A stretch of 63,127 nt of DNA, the filler included, from Olpidium bornovanus S191 (lineage: Eukaryota > Fungi > Olpidiomycota): NCBI GenBank assembly GCA_017911155.1. It is 30 parts of 30 records of this genome, joined end to end, with 100 filler letters (N's around TTAATTAATTAA, not from the genome) between each part and the next. Parts side by side here need not be neighbours in the genome. Positions count along the whole stretch, not along the records: positions 20,015 to 21,950 come from JAEFCI010005592.1; positions 22,051 to 24,558 come from JAEFCI010012630.1; positions 24,659 to 27,339 come from JAEFCI010010563.1; positions 27,440 to 29,035 come from JAEFCI010010633.1; positions 29,136 to 31,009 come from JAEFCI010009699.1; positions 31,110 to 32,959 come from JAEFCI010012053.1; positions 33,060 to 36,048 come from JAEFCI010002040.1; 23 more parts are not named here. One strand, written 5' to 3'. Made by a program: the position numbers and the translations under genes. Shown here one piece after another: positions 21,900 to 34,251 of the stretch; within the stretch, counting starts at the first letter, position 1; every line of letters begins with the position of its first letter. The notes below the pieces were generated by a model. It saw only the letters and a program-made list of their open reading frames with translations, did no database searches and was not told the DNA's origin.

Positions 21900-23568
21900 A
21901 AGGAGAGCCGAAGACAGTCCGGGAACGGTTCGGAGCAGCGAAAATTAAAANNNNNNNNNNNNNNNNNNNNNNNNNNNNNNNNNNNNNNNNNNNNTTAATT
22001 AATTAANNNNNNNNNNNNNNNNNNNNNNNNNNNNNNNNNNNNNNNNNNNNCATGACGTACATTCGCCCGAGACTAGCGTAAGGTACAGTGGGTTGTGGCT
22101 GGCTGACTGAGCTGTGAAGTGCGCGTTGCAGGTGGCGAGGCCGTGCGGAGTAAAATGACTCCATAAGTATCTTATTATGGGTTGGCGGGCGTGCACCTCC
22201 GTTGGTGTCACCTGCTCCCCTCATTCGCTCACACAGCCAGTATTTTTCCTCTCTTCCTTTCAAAACTGGCCTCCCCAACCAAACCGGCCCCCCTCAAAAT
22301 TTCGCAATCATCTTCTGAGTTTGGCACACAGCGCAAAGCCCTGTCCCCAGCCTTGACCACAAGAAGTCGTTTGCACTTCTTTTTCATCCTCCGCGCATTT
22401 GCCGCATTAGGTGTTTACTTCTTCCACCGCAGAGCAGCCGCAATGTTCAGCCATTCATTGACGCACGGTGCCATTCATTGACGCACATACCTCGAAAGTT
22501 CTCAATAATGAAACAAAATGCGAGTGGTGAAGTAGTGAATGGGACAACAGCTCACAAACTTTTCTTAGCTGTTGTAGCTGCTCAATAACTAACCGTTGCA
22601 TCCGCCTTCCTTCATCCTTCATACGGTGCTGTGCACTGGGGATAATGGTGCCATTGCCCCGAAATGCATCGCGTTTACACCCGAGTCGTACTTCTTGGCC
22701 TTTTCTTTCCCGTTCTGCAGCGCCGCCTTCCACCACCCGCAAAGGCAAACGTCGCATGTGATTTAACCCTTCGTGCGACCGCGTGCTTCTTATGATCAGG
22801 CAAGAAATCTCGTTCTTTTCTCCGTGAAGAACATCTGTCCGACCAGCTTAGAGGTCCCAAAAATAGGCTACACCTTTCGGCGAGTTCCAAAACTGACATG
22901 AGTGATTGGCGTCTGCTCGGTCTTAACAGGTGCGTGCTATGCAACGGGCGGTCGACCCTTGCGACGCCGGCCGCCTCTTCCGCGTCCGACGCGGCTAATG
23001 CGACGGCGGTTGGCGACGCACGTCCGAGACGCCGCACTGCAGACATTCAGTTTCCCCGGCGAATCTAGCGTGCACAGGGGTGGCCCCGCGCGCGTTTTCG
23101 AAAACGGCGAAGGCAGGGTTACGCGGTGAGGGCGCGGGCAGGCTGTCCGAAGGATGCCGAGATGCGCCGGTGCCCGCGACGGCTCTGAGCGGCCGCTGAT
23201 GACAGCCCGCGGGCAGACGCTCGTGGGCGTGCCGGGTGTGTGCTCGCGCGCCAGGGCCAACGGGTGGAGGGGACGCGGGTTGCGAACGGGGCGGGAGTTT
23301 CCCGTTTCGCTGTTTGTTTGTCATTTCTCCGCTCGGGCGCCGGAGCCCGGAGACCGGGCCCCGGACTCACTGCATTTCACCCCGCGCCGTTGTGATCGCG
23401 GGCACCCGAGCAACCGTTGACTGGCCTGCCGGGAGGCCGTTGCTGCTCGGTGGCCGTGGACGCCAAAGCCGCGGTAGAGAAAGGCGCCCGCAAGACAGGT
23501 CGTCCTTGTGTCCGTTTTGACGTGTCGCCAGCCGTCACCGCGTGCGCCCTCCGACGGCACCTGCCGCG

Positions 23569-24558
23569 ATGCAGCCGGGTGGGGGGTTCACTTTCGGCTC
23601 TCAGCAGCCCGCGCCGACCGCGCCCGCGGGCGGTTTCACGTTCGGCGCCCAGCCTGCCGCGCCCACCGCGGGATCTGCGTTCGGCGCGCAGCCGGCTCCT
23701 GCGTTGGGCGGCCAAGGCGCCCCGACGTCCGCTTTCACCTTTGGCGGCACACAGGCAACGGCCGCTGCGCCGGCTGCCGGGGCCGGCGGGTTCACGTTTG
23801 GGACGCCCGTGTCCAAGCCTGCGGGAGGCCTGTTCGGAACCGCGCCCGCGGCGGCACCGGCCGCGAGCGGCGGCCTGTTCGGGTTGGCGGGCCAGCAGCC
23901 CGCTGCGGGCGCAGGGACAACTTCGCTGTTTGGCGGAACGGCCGCCGCCAAGCCGAACGGCCTGTTCGGTTCGACGACGGGCACGACAGGAAGTTTGTTT
24001 GGGACCCAGCCAGGAGCGACGACCCTGTTCGGTAACAACACCTCCGCGCCCGCGGCAGCCAGCTCATTCAGCTTTGGGACTCAGCCGACCACATCGTTGT
24101 CTGGTGTGGTACTCTTCGACATTTTGCATTGCGCGGAAAGGGCCATGGAGACTAGTTGCTGATATATGCGTTCCTTATTGCAACACAGGGACACAGCAGC
24201 AGCCGTCCCTGCTCCAAGCGGGACAAGGGCAGCAGCCTGCCCCTCCAAAGGCGCCGGCAGAAATTATGAAAGAGAGTTTGGAGCGGCTGCATATGGCGTG
24301 GGACCCAAAGAGCCCCCTGTGCGAGTTCCGTGCCTATTTCTACAACAAGGTTAACCCGGCGGACATTCCGCGGTACCAGCAGCCGCCCAATACGGATCCT
24401 TCTCTGTTGGAGCAGGCTCTCCGGGACAATCCAGATCCGTCATGGTAAGGGATGACCTGTAATGTATAGTCGGCCTGTGGTTGCTGCTCGTGTTTTATTA
24501 TTGTCTTGTTAAATGCTGCGTTATACAACTGCAGTATGGTGCCAGTCCTTGCTGTTGG
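23569..24558 (+). CDS. NUP57: FG nucleoporin Nup54/Nup57, 3' truncated
   Basis: GFTFG/GLFG repeats followed by AWDPKSPLCEFRAYFYNKV...YQQPP...ALRDNPDPS / MVPVLAVG. Confidence 0.9.
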
Positions 24559-24658
24559 NNNNNNNNNNNNNNNNNNNNNNNNNNNNNNNNNNNNNNNNNN
24601 NNTTAATTAATTAANNNNNNNNNNNNNNNNNNNNNNNNNNNNNNNNNNNNNNNNNNNN

Positions 24659-26945
24659 CATGTCCGACAGGCGGAGGACGTAGTCCTTGCTATCCAGCTT
24701 GCGCTTCCTACACACGATGTCTAGCACTTCTGATATCCGCTTATCGCTGGGGATGTTAAGCGTCGTGGTGTGCCGCACTTCGATCGTCGAGTACAGGTGG
24801 ACCTTGAGAACAATGCTGCGGGCAGACGCCGCGGAAGACGTCGAACTCGTCGTTCCGGTCAGAAGCGAGGAGTCAGCCGTCAACAGTGGCGTAGTCCTGG
24901 AATTCGCCGCAGGTGCCTGCAACCGCTTTCCGGCTACTTCAACGGTAGCTGCCGCTTGCACGTTCACGGCAAGAGCGCTCGCCGGCAGGGGAAGCGTCGC
25001 TGCTAAGTTCCCGTTGCCTCCGCTTGCGTCCGGCCGGGCGATCTGTTTTGCACGGGTCTGCTCGTTCGATTTTACTTTTTTGCAGAGGGAAATCGGTCAG
25101 GAGCGTGGTGAGCCAAGGCGTGCTGCGGCTTTGTGAAAGGGGTCGCAAGATAATTAACACTGATATCACACCTTGGGCTGCTGATGCCTCACAAAGCGCA
25201 TACGCATCGAAGGAAAACTTCGATATTTTCCGAGTTCGTTCCAACGCTGGACAACGCGTTTAGTTGATTTCCGGTCGTGTGTAGAGGTGAGATTCGCCAA
25301 TCTGAATCAGCAACATTCCGCGAAGACGGCGGCGTACCGGGAAAATCGTCGTCGATCGTCCCGTCGTCCTCCACGATCATCACGTTCCACCTCACGGCGT
25401 CCGCCATCTCGGGCGGAATGGGCGGCGCCCGTTTCTGCGAGACGTATTCGTAAAGTATGTACCCAATCACGTCCTCGATGGTCGTGTCCGGCTTGACTGC
25501 AATGTTTATGGGAACCCTGGGCAGCTCGGAGTGGGGCAGGTAAATATTCAGGCGGACTGGGTTGAGGTCCCCCTTGCCGGAGAAGCGGCTGTACTCTTCG
25601 GCGAAGGGGTTCGACCTGGCGTGCGCCTGCTCGGCCAGCATAATCGACAGAAGCGATTTCGGCGGTTGCAGATGCCGCGGGTGCGGCGACGGCGGACGGT
25701 GCGCAGTGGGTTGTGACTCTGCGGCTTCGTGCTCCGGGCGCAAATTGGCAAACTCTTCAAGGTCCATGGGTAGTCGGATCTCCCTGGAAAAGCGGATCTG
25801 GGTAGGCTTCCGCTCCGGCGCAGGCGCCCGCGCCTCGGCCGGCCTCTTCGGGACGCTCATTTTCTGGAACTCCACCGGGCGCGGTTTGCTGGGCGGAAAG
25901 ACGGAGTTCGACGTCGACGGCTCACGGTCAGGTCTGGCTGACCGGCAATCTCGCAAGAAAATCATGCAACAATATCCAGACGGCTGCAAAACGAGAACAC
26001 CAAGGCGCCCGGAATTTTGTACCTCTCTTCCTGGATAGCTTCAAAATCAATGTCTTCGTCGGAGGCGGAGCCGGCCGCGTTCTCTTCGTTCTTTTCCATT
26101 TCTGCGACCTCTTGTGCCACGTCGGGGGGCGCTGACGGGGCCCTCGGCCTGGTCCTGCGGTCACTCGCTGGAGAATCGGCCGTTTCTCGAACGTCTGCCG
26201 CCGGAGGCTGTCGAACAGGCGACACCCCGTGATCCCTAGAATCGCTCCTCATCCTGCGGGGGGCGGAACCCGACTTCTCGACTTCGCGGCTAACGACGGG
26301 CCGCGGGTCTCCGGGACCCCGCTTGAGCGCGGAGTCGGGCACCCGCGGGCCGGAGCGGGCCGGCAAGTCGGCGGTGCTCGCGCTCGGCTTTAGGCCGGAA
26401 GACCCGCCGCCTCCTGGCGCGCCGTTCTTGCCGCGGCTTGAGTATCTTTCAGGCGTCCGGGGGGTCCCGGTCACGCCTCCGGTGGCGTTCCCCGAGAAAC
26501 CGGCAACGAGCTTGACGAACACGCCACTCAGCCCCGGGTCCGGCGAGCAGCACAGCTGCCGCTCCGGGAACGGCTGCGACCCGTTCCATTGCTGCAGTTG
26601 CGCCTGCGCCAGTACATACTCGTTCTCCGTGAGCCACGGCGAGCTGAGGGACACGACCTTATCAGCAACGTTGTCCTCCGTGCGCAGCAGCTTGACCCTA
26701 AGTTCGTGAACGAGGAGCTGCGACCGGGAGAAAGACCGTTTCCCGCGGGACAGACGCCCCGGGGGGATAGGGGTGGGGGTGGTGGGAACCAGGGTTAACG
26801 CTTCTCATTGGCAAACAACATTTGCGCAGGTGGGGGGGTCGGGACGCGGGATCTTCCCCCCGCGTTCCCAGAGCGTCTCTCTCCCGGGCGACCACCCCCT
26901 TTTCTCCTTGAACCCGGTTACCTCGGGTTCGCTGAGCAGCGCCAT
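24659..26945 (-). CDS. AVO1: TORC2 subunit Sin1/Avo1, 3' truncated
   Basis: MALLSEPE/LLVHELRVKLL...; CRIM domain NPFAEEYSRFSGKG...LNIYLPHS...TIEDVIGYILYEY...VEDDGTIDDDFP/ALERTRKISKFSFDAYALC; Ras-binding-like domain LDIVCRKRKLD. Confidence 0.92.
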
Positions 26946-27505
26946 CGGAGTCGTCAGGCGGTTTGCGTTTTTTTTTTTTTTTTTTTTTCTTTTTTTTATT
27001 TTTTTTTTTCTTTGGCCGTTCTGGGGTAGGGACGCGTTTTGCTTTCCGGTCGGGGCCCTTCCGCAGGGAACTCCCGGACGACAAACGGCCTGGACGAAAC
27101 GCCGGCGCCGCCCGTCCCGCGACGCCGCCGCGCGCCTTTCTCGGTCAGGCCTCACGGTCGCCGGTGCATCGGCAATACCAGCGGTTCCGGGCGGGGCTGC
27201 CGTCGAGACTTCGTACTGTGCTGGGTGAGCCCGTCAGGGTGAAACCCAGTGTCTGCCGTAAACGACGTCTGTCTGTCTGAAGCCTTCTCCAGCCAATCAC
27301 AGGCATCCTGACAACTCAGTGCCAACTCAGCCCTTCCCCNNNNNNNNNNNNNNNNNNNNNNNNNNNNNNNNNNNNNNNNNNNNTTAATTAATTAANNNNN
27401 NNNNNNNNNNNNNNNNNNNNNNNNNNNNNNNNNNNNNNNCCCACCCGCTCCACCTCTCCACCCCCGTCCCTAAAGCAGGAGTTCGCCTCCTTCCCACCAT
27501 TTTAC

Positions 27506-28333
27506 CTGATAAAACGTCACTTCCACGTATTTCAGGCACAGGTTGTTGGTCGCGAGCATGAGGACGTAGACGACCGTGAGGGCGGACACGTGCTTGGCAA
27601 TGTCAAAGCGGAATTCGAACGGCGGGATTAAAGAAAACACCGCCCGGCTTGCGTCGTGTGTGCGCGCGAGGACGGGCGTGAGCGACCGGTTTATCTGCCC
27701 CCGCGCCGTTTTTTATTCTTGCGGAGATCGGGGCGAGGAGCATAATCTCTCTGGCGTCTCCGAACAAGAGGCGGGATAGGAAAGGGGGAAGGATGGCGAC
27801 TTTCGCAGGCAAAAATCACCCCCCCCCCCACCCCCACCGGGTCGGCGCTCGCTTACTGTTTTCTTCCCAGCTCGCCGCAGGCGACCAAAATAACCAGGGC
27901 GACGAACAGTTGGAACCAGGTGACGAACAGCGGGTAGGGGAATTTGTAGACGGACACATTCATAATGTACTTTAAGCGTCCGGAAGTTGGAGGGGGCGGA
28001 AGGGGAGCGATGAAACGACTGATCAGACGCAAAATTGGAAACAATCGAGTCGAAAATTCGGTTTCTCATCGGAAAGCTTCCTCGCTCATCGCTGAACGCC
28101 GCCCCCAGCTCCCCCGCACACTCCTTCCCTTCCCCCCCCTTCGTTACCTTGTTCAGGAAGACAACGCTCAGCGAGACCACGAAGTAGGAGAAGACGACGA
28201 AGGCGACGAAAGCGGCGGACGAGGAGCTCCCCGCGCCCTCTGCTTCCTTCTTCGCCTGCACGGGCAGGGGCAGCAGCTCGGCCTTCGAGAGGCCCTTGGC
28301 GTCCGCGTCGTCGGCCCGCGGGATAGTGCGCAT
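27506..28333 (-). CDS. GDP-fucose transporter (SLC35C1-like), 3' truncated
   Basis: YFVVSLSVVFLNK/YIM...PLFVTWFQ.../PPFEFRFDIAKHVSALTVVYVLMLATNNLCLKYVEVTFYQ; compare SLC35C1 NNLCLKYVGVAFYN. Confidence 0.85.
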
Positions 28334-28809
28334 CGTCGCCGTTCGTCCGGAGAGGCGGAAGGACGAAGAAAGTGCCGGGAGCGGGGTGCTCAGGGAAGGG
28401 GGGGGGGGAGAGCGGGCGTCTCGGGGGAGCTCCGACGGCGGCGGGGCAGAATTCGGATTTTTATCGGCTTTTACGCGTAGCCAATAACCGGGACGGAACG
28501 GAAAGAAAAGAGTAACGCGATTTTTTTTTTTTTTTTTTTTTTTTCTTGCGGGGGTTGTTTTTGTGTGTGTGGGGGGGTGGCGCGCGGGTGTGACGGAGGC
28601 TCCCGCGTCAAGAGGTACTTTCCTCCCATTCCTTCCATCCCTTTCACCCCCACACGCCATCCGAAAAAAAAAGAGAGGCGAAAAAGCCATTTCGGGAGAA
28701 ACCAAAAAAAAAAAAAAAATTCACGGGGCAGGAGGGGCGGTCGCAGCCAACGCGTCCAGTGGGACTGTCAGCACTGACAGCAAGAGAGGCAAGAAGAGGG
28801 AGCTCCGCC

Positions 28810-29015
28810 ATACGTTACAATTGCAGGAAGAACGGCCACATCGTAAGAATGAAGGGGACCGGACCATAGACGCTCCGCAAAGGCGGCAAAGACGACAAGC
28901 CAACGGGCACAAGGGCAACTTTGAAACTGGCCCTGAAGGAAACCCAGGAAGGTGCTGAAAATGTGGCAGATGTTGCCTTTCACGTCAAAAACGACAGGCC
29001 CTTCGCGCAAGGACC
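28810..29015 (+). mobile_element. Degenerate LTR retrotransposon (copia-like) gag-protease relic
   Basis: RYNCRKNGHIVR (decayed CCHC knuckle) followed, across stops and frameshifts, by QAIFDSG at the contig end. Confidence 0.4.
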
Positions 29016-29135
29016 AGGCAATCTTCGATAGCGGGNNNNNNNNNNNNNNNNNNNNNNNNNNNNNNNNNNNNNNNNNNNNTTAATTAATTAANNNNNNNNN
29101 NNNNNNNNNNNNNNNNNNNNNNNNNNNNNNNNNNN

Positions 29136-30500
29136 CATGCCGCGGTTACGGAATGGCAATCTTCAGGAAATTTTCGCCGATTTAGAAACATCAGTTAAAA
29201 TGTCACCTGGATCCCTAGAGACAGTCTGGTTACGCCGGCCGCTCGGAAAGCACGAAGACGCGATATCTGGGACGACTGGAGTGCATTCAAACGTTAAAAG
29301 AAGTGGGTGGGGGAAAAAGGTCGGCAGGTAGGCTTGCGTGCTTCGACACGCACAGTCGGGTTCGCCTACGACCGACGGCAAAGAGTGAGTGCCCACGACC
29401 TTGCCGCAATTATCAAGGGTCGACGGAAGCTCACGATCTCTTGCCTCGAGGGTAACCTCCACGTCCTCTGAAACGTCGCATTCCGCGGACACAAGGTCAA
29501 GAACCGCAGCAATCGTCGAGGGCTTCCGGATTTGTGAAGCGAAAAAAACAATATTGTAGCATAAATACAATATAATAAATAATTTCATAGTAAACTCAGC
29601 GTGACACAACTCAGAAACAGGCCTGGCGCTCTCTTCCTGGCCACGCTTACCGGAGCCAAGCCTAGGAAGTATGCAGGAATTTCGAAAGGTCAGATTCACG
29701 CGCCTGGCACGTCTTAAGGTCCCTTCCGCCGCAACCACAAGAAACGTACTTGGCGTTCCTCCTGCAATCTCGACGACACAGAAGGCGTTTAATCCACTTG
29801 TGAAGGAGACAATGATTTAATGCACAGCCGACGGACCTACCACCAAAGTATACGCTGTGGACTCTCGGCTTGGGCGGGCTGCCCGCTTCCTGCGGCGGCT
29901 GGAGCACGGCCAGATCGCGCTTCCTTTCCGATATGGCGTGGCGCAGCTCAGAGAGGAGGGCAGCAGTCAACCGGTTGTTTTGCGGCGAGGCCGGGAGAAC
30001 ATATTTGTTGAACGCGCAGTAGGTGCATTTGCTGGTCCCGAATAAACGGGAAAAGCCGGGAGGGTAGGGTGGGCAAGGCCGGCCAAGGATTAGCTTTTGG
30101 GCGTTGGGAAGAGGCAGTGAGACAGCGAGCAGGGTGGGAAGCAGACGTGTACGACGACGAAGCGCGGATTCTCCCGGGGGCACCTCTCGCAATAAGGCCA
30201 GTGGACATATATGCCGAACTTGCCGGCCAGCGGGGGATAGCCTGATTTTTCGGGAGTCGTCTGGGGCGGCGTCTGGAGCGGCTCGGGCGGCGCGTCGTCA
30301 CGGCGCGACAAGCTGTTCGCGTGGCGGCGCGGTCGCGCCCGGGGTCGCGCGGGAGTGGAGCGCCCGAGGGGAAGAGCTGCCGTCCCCCGGCGGCATCGCA
30401 GTAGCGGAGCCAAGCGGCAACGGCAGCCGGGGGACGAGCGGGCGGCGTGCGGAAACAGGAGGAGCGCCACCGCCGCCGGCGACGACGCCGCCACCGCCAT
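29136..30500 (-). CDS. RSAD1: Radical SAM HemN-like protein (RSAD1/HemW type), 3' truncated
   Basis: Mitochondrial-like leader, then [21 protein letters not shown]...SVYFGGGTPSLAP...EVTLEANPT...RAAGVTRLSLGIQ after splicing. Confidence 0.9.
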
Positions 30501-31109
30501 CTTCAGCGCGCGCGGGTTGCGTGGGTTGCCCGGAACCAATCAACGGCGGTTTCTTGCCAGACAACGAACGGGACGGAAAAAAAAAACATTCCCGAACGCG
30601 AAAAAAAATCTCCCACGCGCTTTGAAACGCGACCTTTTTGCCCCCCTCCGGTGTGAGCCGGAACAGATACGCAAAGGCGAAAACCGGGGACGAGAGGGGA
30701 GAGAAAAAAAAAATCCAGTTGTATTCTTCAAGGACTCCCAATGTCTCGCCGTCGCGCTGAATCCTGGTAAAACTCCGGCGTTTGGACCGCCTCGAACACC
30801 TCATTCATTTCTTCGAGCCCGTGTGCTGCACAAGAGTATACCCTCCCTCAAAACCGTAACACGCAGTAAAAGGCGCTTCTACCCACGTGACAAAGCCGCG
30901 CGTTCGTGTTGAGGTACCGGACGGCCTCATTTTCTGTCCGTCGGTAGCCATAGGCATCCCGGCGCATTCGATACCTTTTGGATATATCTCTCTGTTGTCC
31001 TATTGGCTCNNNNNNNNNNNNNNNNNNNNNNNNNNNNNNNNNNNNNNNNNNNNTTAATTAATTAANNNNNNNNNNNNNNNNNNNNNNNNNNNNNNNNNNN
31101 NNNNNNNNN

Positions 31110-32672
31110 CATGAATCTGCACGTCTCGCTGAACCCAAAATGCTGGCAAGTTTGGCGATTCAAGCTCATAATGATGCAATTCCAACAAAACACACAAAAG
31201 AAAAAGCCAGGCGCGTGCATCGTTTACGTGTCAACGAGAACCGACGTCGAGCGCACAATAAAAACGCTCAGGAATCTGAAAATCAAGGACGTCAAGGGGT
31301 ATCACGGCGGGATGACACCAGAAGAGAAGTGTGCGAATCAAGCGTGGTTTATGAATCACAAAAATCCCGTCATAGTCGCTACCTCGGCGTTCGGTATGGG
31401 GATCAACTGCCGAAACGTTCGGTTGCTGTTAGTGCTCGGGACACCGTTGAATTTGACCACGGCACTGTATGTACGGAGGGAAGCCCAGGTTCTCTTTCGT
31501 CCGGATGCGCATCCTGGCCTGCTGGAACCCTGATCTGAATACATACTAAGCCAACAGATCGGGCGGGCGGGCCGAGACGGAAAACTTACGCACTGTTACG
31601 TGCTGGCGTCGTATGGCGATAGCAAAAAACTGAGTCCGTTGTTGGAAGGTAAATAATTGATGGCGCCCAGCTGCGTCGCTAAGATAGGTCAGCTCATGAT
31701 TTGCCACACGCAGCGAACCTCAAGGAAATTAGCATCCGACAATGCATCGAAAGAATTTTCTTCTCCGAGCGGGATATGGCCGGCGAGATCGACGCCAATG
31801 CCAACCTTATTGGCGAGGAACTGAGTATCGACGGCAGGGAAGTTGATCAAGTTCTGAACGCCCTGGTAAAGGCCGGAGCCCTCAAGCCGTTACCTGTCCC
31901 GTAGGTACATGGGGCCGATGTATCGCGTAGGTCTGAGTGATCCTGGGGAGGCGGGATACTGACATCTGGGTCCGGTTTTGGTCTCCAGGTCGCTTCTCGC
32001 TAACGCAGTTCGACGGTTTTCCGTCGTGAAAGACGTCCGCGACGACGATGAAGTGGAGAAACTCGCTGAGAACGTTGGCAAAACGTTTTGGCACCAAGCC
32101 TTCCGAAGAACAACGGATTTTTGGGACGTTTTACGGTGGATTCGCCAAAAGAAGTGCTATTGGGCGAAACTTCTGGCTCATCACGGCGAGCCGGAAGCAA
32201 AACGCTGCGACCGGTGCACAAACTGCACCAGCAGGCTGCCACGGGAGGAGACGACTACACGTCGAAGGCCGCGAATCCCGAAGTCTCCTCTCCGGATCCC
32301 GAGGTCTCCTCGCCGGATCCCGAGGTCTCCTCGCCGGACCCCGAGGTCTCTTCGCCCGATCCCGAGGTCACTTCGCCGGATCCCGAGGCCTCCTCGACCT
32401 GCGCCCACGAAAACAACGCAGCCGACCAGGAAACGGCTAACGGTGGAACATGGCCGTCCGCCAACGCCTTCGTCGAGTTTCTCTCTGGCCCCGCCGGTGA
32501 ACCACGTCGGCAACCAGCGCAGGAAGTTCCACTGGATTCCTCCTTCCGCTTCCGCCGGCGCTTCTTCCTGTTCGCCGGTCGACCTCTTATTTTCGCCGCT
32601 CCCGCTCCGCCCTGCGCCGCCGTCTCTGGTTGCGCGGACGGTGCGCAGTGCGCTAACTGTAATCATGCGTAA
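31110..32672 (+). CDS. RecQ-family helicase, C-terminal half (HelicC, winged-helix-like segment, Zn-binding region, repeat tail); probable frameshift near 32245
   Basis: CIVYVSTR...YHGGM...VIVATSAFGMGIN...QQIGRAGRDG...CYWAKLLAHHGEPEAKRCDRCTNC. Confidence 0.85.
32277..32396 (+). repeat. 21-bp coding tandem repeat x ~5.7, (PEVSSPD)n
   Basis: Unit CCCGAGGTCTCCTCGCCGGAT starts at 32277, 32298, 32319, 32340, 32361 and 32382. Confidence 0.95.
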
Positions 32673-33203
32673 GCCCTATTTACACTAATTACCCCGTTAT
32701 TTAGTTATCACAGCAACGACAATGCACGCTCAGTAGTTCCCCGGCATTTGATCTTTCGGGCCAAACACTCCTCCCTGCCTGCCCCGTTCTTCCTCGGAGC
32801 TGCCATTTCATTTGTTTTGCCCTTCGTTGTACATTTTCCATGGGGCGTGGGGAGAAGCTCGGGAAGCTGCAATATGTTCAAAATCCGCATCCTGTCGCCG
32901 AGCGTCGAATCCCCCTTTCCCCCCTATCTCTCTCTCTCTCTCTCTCTCTCTCCCCCCCCNNNNNNNNNNNNNNNNNNNNNNNNNNNNNNNNNNNNNNNNN
33001 NNNTTAATTAATTAANNNNNNNNNNNNNNNNNNNNNNNNNNNNNNNNNNNNNNNNNNNNCATGCGGTCAAACCCAAATAGAGCCTCAAGTATAGCACACC
33101 TAAGTATCGTACGCCTTTATGGAATGGGGAGGCGGCGCGCGGTGTCGCCAGCAAGGTGTGACTTATCTCTGGAACGATGTTTGGGTGGTGTGCCGTGCGG
33201 GGC

Positions 33204-33255
<52 letters not shown>

Positions 33256-34251
33256 CGTCTCTTTTTCCCCCCTCTCTTTCCTTTTTTTCCTTCTTTTTCT
33301 TTCTCAACCACGGAAACACGTTCAGGCGGGCAGGTATTTAAAATTGGTAGATGTACACGAGGTGATGCGGGAATGTAGATTTTGTAAGGGATAAAAGCGC
33401 TTTTTCGTCGGGCTGGAAGGATTGGGCTTGTTATACCGCGGCGGAGGACGCTCCGGGCCTGCCCGTTGTTTGATTCGGTAACCCGCGACAATACGCATAA
33501 CCCATGTTTCGTACCTCGCCTATTGTCGCCAGGACGCGAGACGGGGAGTGGGGGGTTGGCTGCGAAGCGGTTGGTTAAAAATCGGCAGGCACATTTCGTC
33601 GAAGGGGGAGGAAAGGGGCCGCAAATAAGCGCCGAGTACCGCCCCGGCGTTCAATGTATATACACACACCTCCCACCTGGACAGCACCGTCCGTGCCTGT
33701 ATTCACTGCTGCATCTCGCGTGAGCTCTCTGGTCTCTCTCAGAGACGAGACCACCTGTAGCTCGTCCGTGCTCCTGAGCATGCAGCGGCCACGTGGACAA
33801 TTTTGATTGCTGCTTTTGTACATGTCCCAATGGCCATGACAACCGCTGGGGTATAAAACACGCGACCGTTTCTGCAATGGGGGCGGGTGTCCGGCCTCTC
33901 TAACTCAGGAAAGGAAATACAAACAGATATAACGTAACCCAGCAGATTCTGACGAGACGCGAATATTAAAAGCGTTTAGGAGATGATCGTGTTCTGGACG
34001 GGGCGAACTTGGTGACAGCAAGTGTACACTGGAAGTTTCCGCAGAAACCTGATGAAAGTTTTAATATCCCTTCCGGTAGGACAATCCTCACCCGTTCTTT
34101 CCTCCGGCTGTCACGTGACAGGGCCTGGTGTCATGGGTCCCCTCCTGCCCCTCCGGCCTGAGCCCACCGCCCGTCGCAACCACCGAGCTCCTCCGCCCCG
34201 CGCCGGATCCGAGATCACGAACGCTCCATAACCCGCCCGCCCGAAAACACT

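Noticed and set aside
22051-22900. Possible minus-strand spliced gene divergent from NUP57
   Set aside because: Could not build a consistent exon chain or recognise a product.
33060-34140. Possible minus-strand multi-exon gene divergent from YKT6
   Set aside because: Splice-like sites are present but no coherent protein was recognised.
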